A stretch of 59,397 nt of DNA, filler included, from Sphacelaria rigidula (taxonomy: Eukaryota), in the NCBI GenBank assembly GCA_964200075.2. It is 4 parts of 4 records of this genome, joined end to end, with 100 filler letters (N's around TTAATTAATTAA, not from the genome) between each part and the next. Parts side by side here need not be neighbours in the genome. Positions count along the whole stretch, not along the records: positions 1 to 14,778 come from CAXNAA020002052.1; 3 more parts are not named here. The stretch is one strand, 5' to 3'. The position numbers and the translations under genes were made by a program. The notes below the pieces were generated by a model. That model worked only from the letters and a program-made list of their open reading frames with translations. It did not search any database and had not been told where the DNA came from. Positions 1 to 11,318 of the stretch are shown piece by piece (positions within the stretch are counted from its first letter, which is position 1; every line of letters begins with the position of its first letter).

Positions 1-66
1 CCAGATTATGTGGGTGTTTTTTGTGCTTTGTGCTTCGCGCTTGTCCCTGCGGAGCGGAGTCTGGGG

Positions 67-109
<43 letters not shown>

Positions 110-1646
110 CACGTGAGTATTCACTTTATTTTTCTCAAACATCTCGGAGGGATTGCTTCGCTTCTCAAACGACACTCCCCGAAAAACAGTTTTTGCTTGT
201 TTAATTGTTCATCATTTTTTTCTTAATTTGTTGCACTTTAAACCCCTCTCCTTCCTCGGGAGGCTTTGCAATCTCGTATGGCATGAACAGGCTTGCGGGC
301 GTACGTTGACTAAACTCCTGGTAATGTCAAAATCGAGCTTCATCTTGTAGATCGAAAATCATGTCGTCGTTGATCATGGCAATGGCCGTGAAAACTCATT
401 TTACACACCTGAGATATATAGTGGCCGCTGAAGGTCGTTAGTCAACGACCAACAATCCATCCGAAGGATTCGAAACCAGACCAACATGGTTGCGCTGCCC
501 CACAAACTGCGCATGCTGTCTCATGCGATACGTTTATTCCAAGCGTATTGGGCATGCCTGCATTGGCTTCGGTTCGTGAATATACTGAACAATGGCACCG
601 CAAGGCGCATGGTGCCAGAACTGCGCACCTTACCCCCCATGCGTCGCTCATGGATGCCCAATATGGAACCAAACGCACTCAATCGAAGCACCCCGTGTTC
701 CAGTGGACTCGTTCCGGTGAGAGTGTCCTGCCCTCAATTAGTAGGCGCTGGTTCTCATTTTGCAACGTACGGTCGTCCCGACGTCCACTCAAATACTTTA
801 CTCTGCGTCTTTAGCAAACGTTCCGAGGTGTTCGATTCTAGGTAATGGTTAGGCGCTTCCCGAGGCGAAGGAAATCCTGCCAAGGATGTGCACCCCTCAA
901 ATAGTAGAAACTCGTTTTCCATTCGCAACCTGCTGACGTCCTGACGCCAATGCAAGCATGTTACGCCGAGTCTTCGATGAAAATGCGCATGTGTTCGATT
1001 TTACGCAAAGGTTAAGCGCTTGGGGCAAAGAAAACTCGAAGCTTAGTTGCGGTCAAGAGTACGTGGATTTCTTGCCTCAGCTACCTTGTTTTTATGTGGA
1101 TGTCTGGTATACCGGGTTGACAGCGACCAATGTCCACAGGCTGCCCTAGTTGAAGCTTGTTTGCTACCAGATACTGCCGGCGTGTATACGCCTAGCCGCA
1201 GCCGTTACACGTTGCGCAGTGTATACGCTACACCGCATCTTAATCTGCCGGACAGCATGCGTTTCCGCAGTTCTGCACAGAAGCATTCAATACCGACTAC
1301 ACACGTACACAGGGCGAGATAGACAACACGGGGCTACGGTTCTGGTGGTGTTGGTGTCTTGTTCATGTTTGTGTTGCTGCATGTGCGGAGAGCCTTCAGT
1401 AACGTTTTTCTGTATGAGTAGCGTATATTTGAAGGAAGGAAGTCACGATCTGACTGTCTGAAGTGACTAGAGCATCATTCGCATGGTCGTACTCTTCCGC
1501 TTGGGCATCTGCACTGATATGCACCCTAGTTCTTGTCCCCGTTGTTTTTTATCTCGGTGCTCCGTTGGGCACGTTGAAGCCTCTGCTGAATTCCAACTAA
1601 GCTTCTATCACGTCATGATTTTGTGACTTCTCGATTCGCCGAGCAG

Positions 1647-1850
1647 GGTCCGCGGCACATGATCGCTCGGTGCTTTGCGGATTCTACGACACCAACGGTG
1701 GCTGCGATTGGCTCGACAGCGAAGGCTGGAAAACGGCTGATGAGCTATCGCGTTGGTACGGCGTGGTGCTGGACAAGGAGGGGCGTGTCATCAGGCTGGA
1801 TCTGTCTGGCCAACATTACACGAGGAACAACGTGACGGGTGAGTTGACGG
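1647..1850 (+). CDS. Exon encoding the N-terminal cap and first repeat of a leucine-rich repeat protein (brown-algal LRR/ROCO-type); possibly a pseudogene remnant
   Basis: Bounded by CAG| (1644-1646) and |GTAAGC (1851). Translates GPAAHDRSVLCGFYDTNGGCDWLDSEGWKTADELSRWYGVVLDKEGRVIRLDLSGQHYTRNNVTGELT, matching the DRxxLxxFYxxxGGxxWxxxxGW...WxGV...GRVxxLxL..NNLxG LRR N-cap typical of stramenopile LRR proteins. No intact downstream LRR exons found. Confidence 0.75.
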
Positions 1851-4448
1851 GTAAGCGACTCGAATGCACAAAACAATTTGCAGTCATCATGCAGGTCGCA
1901 ATTTCTTTGGCCTGTCACGGTGTAATGCGTGGGAGAACCTCGTGCTTAGAGGACGGCATCGTAAATCAGAATACCCCAGGATCGACGTTTATGAAAACCA
2001 ATCGGGCCAGCCTCTACGGGAACCACGCCCCTGACCCTAACCCCAACACTAACTCTGACCCCAACCCTAACCATACGGGTGTCTAAACTCCGATGCGGTA
2101 CCCTAAGAATGCTGTCCTCCCAAGCATGACAACGGCTCCTGCGCTGGCCTACCTTGGTTATGGTGGTAGCGGTCGGGTCGAGCACGACCCCAAATTTCCC
2201 ATTACGCTCTAGAAAGTCACGACCGACGCTTTCACCACGCGTTAGAAGGCTCGTCAAGGTTGGGTTTGGTTTGAGTGATGGATAGGCTGAGCAAACAGTA
2301 TGAGGTGACTAGATGCGATCGGTTGTTAAACTGTGCCCTTGCCGTGTCGATCAGTGGCGTTACTGTTGGCTACGTCTAGTGGATGCGGTGAAAGGCGTTC
2401 GGTTGGCGTGCGTAGACGCGGGCGACCTGCCCCAGCTGCTTTCTACGCTTGAATATATTTGCGTATTTGCCATGCTGATGAGACTTCCGCGCTAGAACCT
2501 CTGAAAGAATTGAACTAGTGATGTGGTGCAGCGTGTGTGCCTCTGACTCAACCATTTCAACCCCCGCCGCCCATGTAGAGGGCTCCAGCAACTGAGAGAT
2601 TATTACTGCAGCATGACGCTCAAGACCGCTACATCTTGATTCAATCAAACGGCGTGTAGTGACGCTTTGAAATAATCCAACAAGGAGCACAAAGGTTGAG
2701 CATTTTTCTTGTCATAAAACAACCTGGGATGTGAAGTAGAAGCGCTTTCCAACCACTTCCTGACGTTACGGTCCGCGATTTCGCTCGATCTCTTCGGCGC
2801 CCGACCTGTTTTGCGAATAATATCATTGGCTGACCTTCCGGTAACCCCGACGCAATAGCTGAGTAGCTTCCATGTGTCCGCGAGTAAACCCAAGGTGGCG
2901 GTTTACCGTGGGTCCCGCGGTCTCCAATCCCGGACTCACGGGTGCTGTTCAACTGACGTCTTTTGTTTTGAACATACTGCGTGTAGTCACGAGCCAAACC
3001 TGGCGTCTCCTGTAATTTGGTCACAATTGGCGATTCTAGAAAGGTTTTTGGTGTGCCACCACTCATCATAGTGAACGTTTGATCCTAAAATTCGGGGATC
3101 AGGAGATACTAGCACCCGCTTCATATCCCGAAAAATATATATGTGCACTCAATATTAACGACTTACGGGGTGACCGCTCCTCGGGGGTCCTGCGACTACC
3201 AGCCCGAGATTCCTCTTCGGTATTTTCGCTCGATTGAACCGGTCCCGATGCTCTCGTGAATATATCAAGCAAACTTCCTGTTTTTTAAGTTCTACCTATT
3301 CATTGTACTTGAACAAAGAAACAGTGTTTTTTAGGTAAATGACGATCAATATCACCCTCCTGATGAACGAGGTATTTACTCCGTATTAACCCAACAGTAC
3401 CACCTTGTAGATTGTGTCCTCAGCACGACCTGTTGCTTTTCCCCATGCTTATCGACTCTAGCACTTTCGAGTGCTGAGGAAGAACATTATGCGAGGAATA
3501 AAAAGAACACCCAAGGCACTTCCTACGATACCCCCCGTCCTCCAAACCAGCCCAAACCTGTAACGCAGAAAATGCCTGATATTTGGTTTGAGGCTGCATG
3601 AAGCGCCTCATATGAGCGACATTGGCGGAAACGAACCAAACCTCGGGAATTCCTAGCTATTCGTTATGCTTGTCTTCCTTCCTTTACGTGTAGAGTTTGC
3701 ATCCTAAAACCAGCCACTTGTTTTTTTTAGCGGGGGGGGGCGGCATACTCATTTGTTGCTTGCCGTAGTCGTTTGACCATTGACCACGCATCCCTTTCGA
3801 GACGCAGCACCGTTCCTACTCCTAATAGAAACACCTCCAATATTCCGGTGCTCATCATGTTTCTTCCATACATTAGACAAGAGCCTGTTACATATCTCAT
3901 CCCCGTCCTGTTTCGCCGTCTGTAGCCAGCATCTTTCTCCTAGTATAGCCATCATTTTCTCGCCTGTCGAATGCATCAAACGATTGCATGCCACCTTCGT
4001 TCACGTCTCGCATTTTCCCCCTCAAGCACGTCTCATTCCTCCTTGTATAGTTCACATTCTTCCACTATATATATGACTTCTGCTCTCTTACTTTGCCACA
4101 GGGGCAGTTTCTGTGCATTTACTTCCTCCTCTCGACGACTGGTATATCACTTTCTTCTTTCTGGCAGGTCCATGTGCCCCACGCGAAATCGCAGTATCAT
4201 GTTTTACGCCGCGTCCATGAGGCCATGCAGATATGTTTTCATCCCTATCCCCTCTCTCAGCCCCCCGTATATCTCCAGGTGTTCTTCCTCGTCTACTTTG
4301 CGTCTGAGCGCTCCTTTTCCCCTTATTTCTACCATGTCTCTTATTTTTGTCTTGTACCTCGTACCTTCACTTACGGACAGTATTTCGTCTTGGTTTTTCC
4401 TCCTTCCTTCTTCCATTTTTCAATTACCTCTCTACCCTATCTGACTCC

Positions 4449-4748
4449 TGTTCGATAATCGATCATGATCTTGGCAACTCATCTCTCATCATAGCTAGGG
4501 TCCATGGCCCAGGAATGTGGGCATGGAGATGGAGAAGGAAAGAGGTAACCCGAAAGGGGCTTGACAACTCTAACCAACAACGACTGAAACAAAGCCCCGA
4601 GCCAATCACCCGAAGGTCATATATAAAGGCCCCGCGGAATATTCTTACACATGAGAAACTTCCAATGGAAAATTCCCACCAAATATCCGACCATGAAGTT
4701 GTGTAGATACCCCGGAAGACATCGTCGTAACTGACCGAAATGTCAACA
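4449..4748. mobile_element. Solo LTR (300 bp) inserted in the LINE
   Basis: Begins TGTTCGA and ends TGTCAACA (TG...CA with short inverted ends). Perfect 5-bp target-site duplication ACTCC (4444-4448 and 4749-4753). TATATAAA at ~4620. Confidence 0.8.
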
Positions 4749-5232
4749 ACTCCAGCGTGCTCTTTCTTTACTTTCTTCCATACAGCCCTATCATCTGTGG
4801 CTGACAATATCTTTTTCTGCAAGTTTTTTACGCTATATTGCCATATCAATTTCCTCATGTCTCTGTTTTGAGTGAGTACATTCCCAACTTTGCTCTCAAA
4901 ACTGTATTACTGGTCGTTTTTGAGCACCCAAGTATTTGTTCAGCTGCTGCTAGCTGTGCCGTTTCCAACTTCTTCGCCAACTTCACGTTACCCTCCCATA
5001 CTTTTCCTGCATATTCCAGCTTTGTTACAACCACGTTCATCAGGATGCATATCGTAATCCTAGTTTCTAGATGCGAGTCAATGAGGATCGCATCCGTCCT
5101 GCTTCTCTGTGCCTCATCCTTTTCTATTACTTTACTTATGTGTTCCTCCCAAGAACAGGCTTTTCAGATAGCTACGCCAAGGTATGCATACTGGTCTAAG
5201 ATCCGCGATTCCTCTTCTCCCCACTTCCATTT

Positions 5233-6077
5233 TGTTGGAAATGTTGGCTAGTGTTGTGTAGTGTCCTCGAGACAGCCCAACTACCATCACGCAGACAGTA
5301 CTAAATGGTTAGACCACTTGCTTCTGCAGCACAAGATCGAAGAGACAAGAGGTGCTGGGGGCTTTTGGCTTGGCCGAAAAAAATCAAGCAGCCCCTTTTG
5401 AATGCAGAGGGTTGAGGAAACGAAGAAGTGTGGATGCGTTGAGGGGCTAAAGATTCCCTCCACGTACGTGAGGCTAAATCGTATCCTCAATTCAACACTA
5501 CCGCTGTATTAGTCTTTCCAGCTCACAGACTCAAATCTCCTGCAAGCTACGTAAGCTAGCTATCTTGATACAGTACAGTACTGTAAAACAGAACATGATA
5601 CAGGACATTCCTCACTGCAGTATCCTACGAGCTTACGTGGCTACACTTGTGAAAGTCTCTGCATCAAGGATTCACATGAAACGACACTACAGTAGTACAT
5701 GGTTTCAAGGGTCGGATAAATCCATGATTCGTCTGGAAATTTCTTGGCTTTAGTGTAATTGATTCGAATCGTACGAATCAATCCCTAGTTTTGTTTTCAG
5801 CGTTGCAACCCAGGTATACATAGCCCAGACACGTGAAATGGCGCAAAAGTTGCGTGGATAACCCTTGGACCAGCGGTCAACGTTTTCCTGCCTTTCGGGC
5901 AACCAAGCCGAAGAAATCGGGGATTTGGTGATTCGAACCCGTGGCGATTCGTCCTAACCGTGCATGGTTCGTAGTGTTGTTGAACTGCTATCAGTTGTAC
6001 CGCTATTTGCTCGTTAGTCGAACCCAAAAGACGGAAACATAGAGCCAGGTTGTAAGCTGCTTGTCAATTTTCCAACG
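5233..6077. mobile_element. Solo LTR (845 bp) inserted in the LINE RT region
   Basis: Ends TGTTGGAAA...TTTCCAACG (terminal CA mutated to CG). 5-bp TSD CATTT/CATTC. Removing it rejoins the LINE frame ...PVEFE-WKWGEEE... Confidence 0.8.
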
Positions 6078-7745
6078 CATTCGAACTCTACCGGACTGTT
6101 CTCACCTTCGTTACAAACGAGTACCCCACATGTGTTAACGTTCCCTGTCACTCTCCATTTCCTAGTGTATTCTAGCACCTTGTCTATCTGTTTCTATAAT
6201 CCTCCTGGTCTTCCTGAAAATCCCAACAAAATCTTCCGCAAGCATCAATTCTGATACCATCCCATCACCCACCGTGACTCCTATCGTTGCTGCCCCTATC
6301 GCTATTATTCGGTCATTCATAAATACCTTAAATAAAGTGGGTGATAACTTACATCCTTGTGCAACTTCTGGTAAAATATAAAAATACTTCGAAATTTCCC
6401 CGTCTAGCATCATCGCATTTTTCGCCCATTCTGCCCTCTGCTTCATCTCTCTCCACATCTTTCCTCCGATCTCAATTTCCCACAACGTTTTCCACAACCC
6501 ATTTCTCCATACTGTGTCGTGAACCTTATGTACGTCCAGCAAGGGACAGTACGTTGTCAGCCCGGTCTATTTCCTACCTTGATTAATCTTCACTAGTGTG
6601 TACGCACCAACGGTTTGGTCTAAATCCTGCTTGCCCCTCGCTGCTCTTTTCTTCCTTTCTAGCACCGTTCCTAGTCTATCGTTCAGAATATTACAGGATG
6701 TTTTCCCTATCGCGCTCAGTGGCGTTATCCCTGTATCATTTCCTGGGTCAGCCTTGTCTCCGTTTTTGAAAAAGTTGACGACTACTCCTTCTCTCCGCCT
6801 CTTGGATATGTACTCGTTCTCCCAGATCTAGTTGTATAGCATAACCATTATCGTAATCATTCCCTCTCCCCCGTACTTCGAACATTCATTTACCACTTTG
6901 TCTGCCCCTGCTGCCTTTCTGTTCTTAAGTTTTTCAACACAATCCTTTACTTCATCTGTAGTAAATTCCCTCTGCAATTTTTTCGAGCCACTATTCTCCC
7001 GTTTTGACGTCTCTACATTCGCCTCTGCCCACGCGTTGATTTTTTTCCAATTCCGTGTCGAACCCCGTAATCGTTTATGGTGTCCCTAGTTCACGGTAAT
7101 GCTCTACTACCCCTTCTCTCTTCCCCTTCGAAATACCGATCATTTTACCGTTCTGTGACCGTGGAGTGGCAATTTTGTTGTCTATCTCTCCTGCCTGGTT
7201 TTCCATGATGCCTTCTATCCCTACCCACATTTGTTTCATCCCGCCATTGAAATCTTCGTTTGCTTCCTTCACTACATTTTCCCATACTCCCTTATTTTTT
7301 CTTCTCCACTATTTCGTCTAATTCCTTTCGAGCTTTAGTGTACTCGTCCCATCCTCCCGTAGTTTACGCGATATGCATCTCGCGTGGGCCTCTCTCCTAA
7401 CCTTTAAAGCTTCTTTTACTTCCTCATCCCACCGTTTCACTGCTCTCTTGCATACGATCAGTTTCTTATCTACTGTATGACTTTACTCGCCGTGTTCTTG
7501 ACCAGCTGCTCCCATCCCTTTCCATTTCGGTATCAACTTCACCTACGCGTTCCAACGACTCTGAAACATTTACTGCATTTTTGGTCATTTCTTCACGGAA
7601 CTCCAGCTAGTTTTCTCCCATTTCTAGTTTATCGGTTCTTCATTTGTACGGCTTCCTACCCCGCCTTTTTCTTTTAGCTCTCGTATGTTGGCTTTTCTGT
7701 CCATCGTAGGCAACGATTTGCCGTTCCCACGTCCTCCGCGCATGC

Positions 7746-7996
7746 ATGAGTCATGCTACGATAGGAGAGGGGTATTTCGGACCGTTTCCAGGAAATTCAA
7801 CTCCAGTCGCCGTTGAAAGCATCCAACAGTTGTTCGAACGCGCTTACTCCCGATAATGAGGCTGATTCAAACTGCTTTACACCGCTTCTACCCATATACA
7901 AGCGCACCGCGAGTGGTTAGGCCGTTTGACGCATCTATGAGCACATTTTCCCGTGGAACCGAACACCCCCCCCGCCCCTATCGTAGCATGGCTCAT
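7746..7996. mobile_element. MITE (~250 bp) inserted in the LINE between the APE and RT regions
   Basis: Terminal inverted repeats ATGAGTCATGCTACGATAGG / CCTATCGTAGCATGGCTCAT (19/20 match). LINE coding sequence resumes on both sides. Confidence 0.75.
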
Positions 7997-10900
7997 ATGT
8001 ACTTTCATTTCTGTACTATTTCCATGATCCACCACTAAATAGTCGAGAATGGAGCGTTCTGTCTTTTTTCCTTTGCATATCCTAGTCCATGTGCCCTACC
8101 GTTCAGCGTCATCTCGTTATGCTCAAGGAACTTCACCATTGCTACGCCATTCGTGTTCTTATCTTTCCCGTATTGCCTAATGGTATCATCCGGTTCACCT
8201 GATTTCCAACCCTTGCACTAAAATCTCCCCCCAACATAAGTTCTCCTTGACTTTTATACTTATGTACATCTGCTGCTATTTCTCGGAACCTCCCCTGTAT
8301 ATCGTTCACCCTACTCTTCGATTTCGGGGGCATGTAGATGTTCCCTACGAAGAAGTAATTCGTTCCCCGCTATCCTGATACCCTTATCCATATGCTCTCG
8401 TCGAATTTCGTGTCGCCGATCGCTTGTACATTGCCGCACAGGGATTCCTTGACTAAGAATCCTACTCCCCCCGCTCCCCTGCTCTTGGAGCTCTGCCCCT
8501 TCCGCTTTTCCCCTATCCATGCGTACTCTTCAACTTTGCATCCTATTTCCGCCCCCCTATTCTCCCATGACTATTGGATTCCCACTATATCTAGTCGCGG
8601 ATACGTACTTGTTGGGCCATCTTTATTATTTGGCGCTTGTCTGTGGCGAATCCACACACGTTCCACGATCCTATTCTGAAATTCCTTTTCGAATAATTAC
8701 CCATTCTTCTGTCGTCTACGTGTCTATCTCCGTCGTTTTTCTTCCCGTTTCTGGGATGGTCTTTGTCTATTTGCTTCTAGCCGCCATGTTCCCTCAACTG
8801 AGTTATGTACAAAAAAGAGGGATGAACGAATCTCGACCGTTCTTGAGATTATTTTTACAAATCTGTTCTTCCAGAAAGTGCCATAGAGTCGTCGGGCATT
8901 GAGAAATTAAACAGGTCGTGCTCAGGGCACGATCCACAAGTTAGTGTTGTCGGGGTAATTTGGAGTAAATATCTCGCGTATCAGGAGGGTGTTATTGACC
9001 ATCATTGATCGAAAGAATACAGTTTTTCGGCTCTGGCGCCATGAGTAGCGCTCACTTGAATTCACAGTTTTATTTGGTGGCGAGAACGATCATGATTGGT
9101 TCAGTCGAGCAAAAAAGACGAAGACTCAAAACCTGGGGCTGTGTAGTCCGACAGCCCCCGAGAACCGGCTACGCCGTGAGTCATTTTGTTTAAACAGAAA
9201 TGATTTTCTTTTCGGGATGTGAAGCAGATTAAGAAATATCTTCTGACCCCCAACTTTTCGGATCAAACGTTCCCTGTGATAAGCGTTGGCGCGCGAAAAA
9301 CTTTCAGAAATCGCCCACTGCGAACAAACTACAAAGAACGTCAAGTTTGGCTGGTGACCAGTGTGTTCCCCAGTGATCGATGCAGGGTCCGTTCAAGGGG
9401 CTATGACATCCAAGGTTTCAATGAAACCCGTACTGCAGAAATTTGAGGTCAGCACCCGCAGGCAAAACAAGCAAGCTTCCATGTTTATGATACATGAATC
9501 ATCGCAGCACCTACAGGCTACCTTGGTGTGTGGTAGCCGCCTATGGACTTGGAGAGACGCAACCGTGACTTCCTTGTGTCGGAGAACGGAGCACGGGGCC
9601 AGGTTTCGTAGATACTGAGAGGATTGTCCAGGACTCACCCCTCAGTTACATTGGTACTTTTCGTCCACTCTCACACTGACGTTCGTGTTCGCTTGCATGC
9701 CCGAATACAAATACTTGCTACTTCTGGTATAAATTGCGAAAAACTGAGCAGCTCAAACGCTACGCCCTTCAGCGAGGTAGTAGCATACAAACGATGAACG
9801 TGCTTGATCCCGATGGTCACCGGGTGGTGAGGAGTGCTTCATCCGTATAAGCTTTAATCCCCGCTGATTGGATTTACATGGTCCGGATATAGTGAGATCG
9901 CAGCAGATGAGTCGAAACCTTGTCTCCCGGCCTTTTGATTTCTGCGATTGCGTATGAATGATTTCTGCATAAGGCCTTCTTATTACCACCGAAGTCATGT
10001 GGCGGAGGCCGTCGTTGTTGTTGTCTTCTTTTATTTTTCGTCCACTCTGTTGGTCTGTTCTACCTTTCCTGCTTTTCCTTCACCTTCCTTCAGCGAGTCT
10101 TTCAGTTTTTTTGTTGTGCCGGGTACGTCTATCATGTGGATAATGACCACGGCTCGATTCCTGCGGGATCAGTTGAAGTGAAATAGTCAATCAAATTAAT
10201 ATATGGGATACTGTAATAATGGAGCGCCCCTACGAGCACTGTACCTGGACTTTTGAACGCAGCTTCATGCGCGACTCGTGTACGTGATGTGTAGGCATGC
10301 TACCGGCGGAGCTTTGGAACCTCGTCGTGCTGGAAGTCCTGAATCTGTCGTTGAACAGGCTGAAGGGTGAGTGTCTAGACAAGATCGCTGTTAGGAGCTC
10401 TCCACAGACGTACAGTGCATGTACTGCTAGTGTTTGAAAATACGAACGTGACGATTGCAACTGTTTCGTACGTGCTTTCTGAACAGACGAGGGGCGTTTG
10501 ACCGGTGAAATGGTACATGATGTGCACGAGGGAAAGAAACGTCCTCCGACATGGCTAACCTCCACATGTAATGAGCTCTGCATGTTTCTTTTCGCTTGTT
10601 TACATCTCGAACTAGTGTGTCCAATTTCGATAAGTACTCCGTGAATGCTGTGGGAAGGCAGCCTAGTGAAGAAACAATGGGTTGTCTGATCGGACCGGCT
10701 GATGTCTGAAGTGAACGCAGTTCTCGCCAAATAATATGTTTTTGCAACCTCTGCTTCTCTTTTCTCTTCCGATATTTGGTTGTGGACAAAGAAAAGCTGA
10801 ATTCACGAGCATGGCCGAAATTTTCGCGTGATGTGCTGGCCTTTTTTTAGGTGTGCGGTGTTCGCGATCGCGCTGCATTGAGTTCGGTGGCTCAGTTACG

Positions 10901-11162
10901 GCAGCCCTCTCGAATGGCGCCGTTTAATAAATCTCTCTTACCCAATTCCAATTAATTTCAATACATTGGTGCGGCGGAACTGTGTTGAAGGTGCTCGTCA
11001 GCGCCAAGTCCCACTTCAGTACAAGGTTGCCGGCTGACCGGCCCGCGAGATATCTCTGATGAAGGGTATCTTGCGGATGTTGGATGATTGATTGATTGAT
11101 GACCCGGGTGCAATATTAACTCTGTATCAAGATATTCACATGTGAACCCTGTTAGAATATAT

Positions 11163-11318
11163 CACACCTTGGACAATATATTGTCAATAGTTGCAATAGA
11201 CAAGAAAAATACTGCATCAAGTATAGGCCGAAGCCGACAATGGTTGCAATAGGCCTATACTTTATGCAGTACATTTCTTGTCTATTGCAACTATTGACCA
11301 CATGTTGTCCAGGGTTCG
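11163..11318. mobile_element. Fold-back MITE, CACACC(C/T)TGGACAA-terminal family
   Basis: 59-bp arms GGACAATATATTGTCAATAGTTGCAATAGACAAG...TATAGGCC and its reverse complement, with 6 mismatches. Same termini as 47632-47774. Confidence 0.7.

Larger units (their letters stand above)
3731..8700 (-). mobile_element. Degenerate non-LTR retrotransposon (LINE): APE endonuclease, reverse transcriptase and C-terminal region, interrupted by three nested insertions
   Basis: Minus-strand fragments: IGSWNVCGF (~8670), RGAGGVGFLV and GGDFSARVG (APE); LDVHKVHDTVWRNGLW, VAQGCKLSPTLF and MLAEDFVG (RT, degenerate YADD); KLEYAGKVW and RKGCVVNGQTT (C-terminus); C-rich tail at ~3731-3745. Many stops and frameshifts. 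Confidence 0.9.

Noticed and set aside
10920..10985. LTR end plus primer-binding site (AATAAA...CAATACA-TTGGTGCGG)
   Set aside because: No matching second LTR, TSD or gag/pol sequence is visible; too weak.
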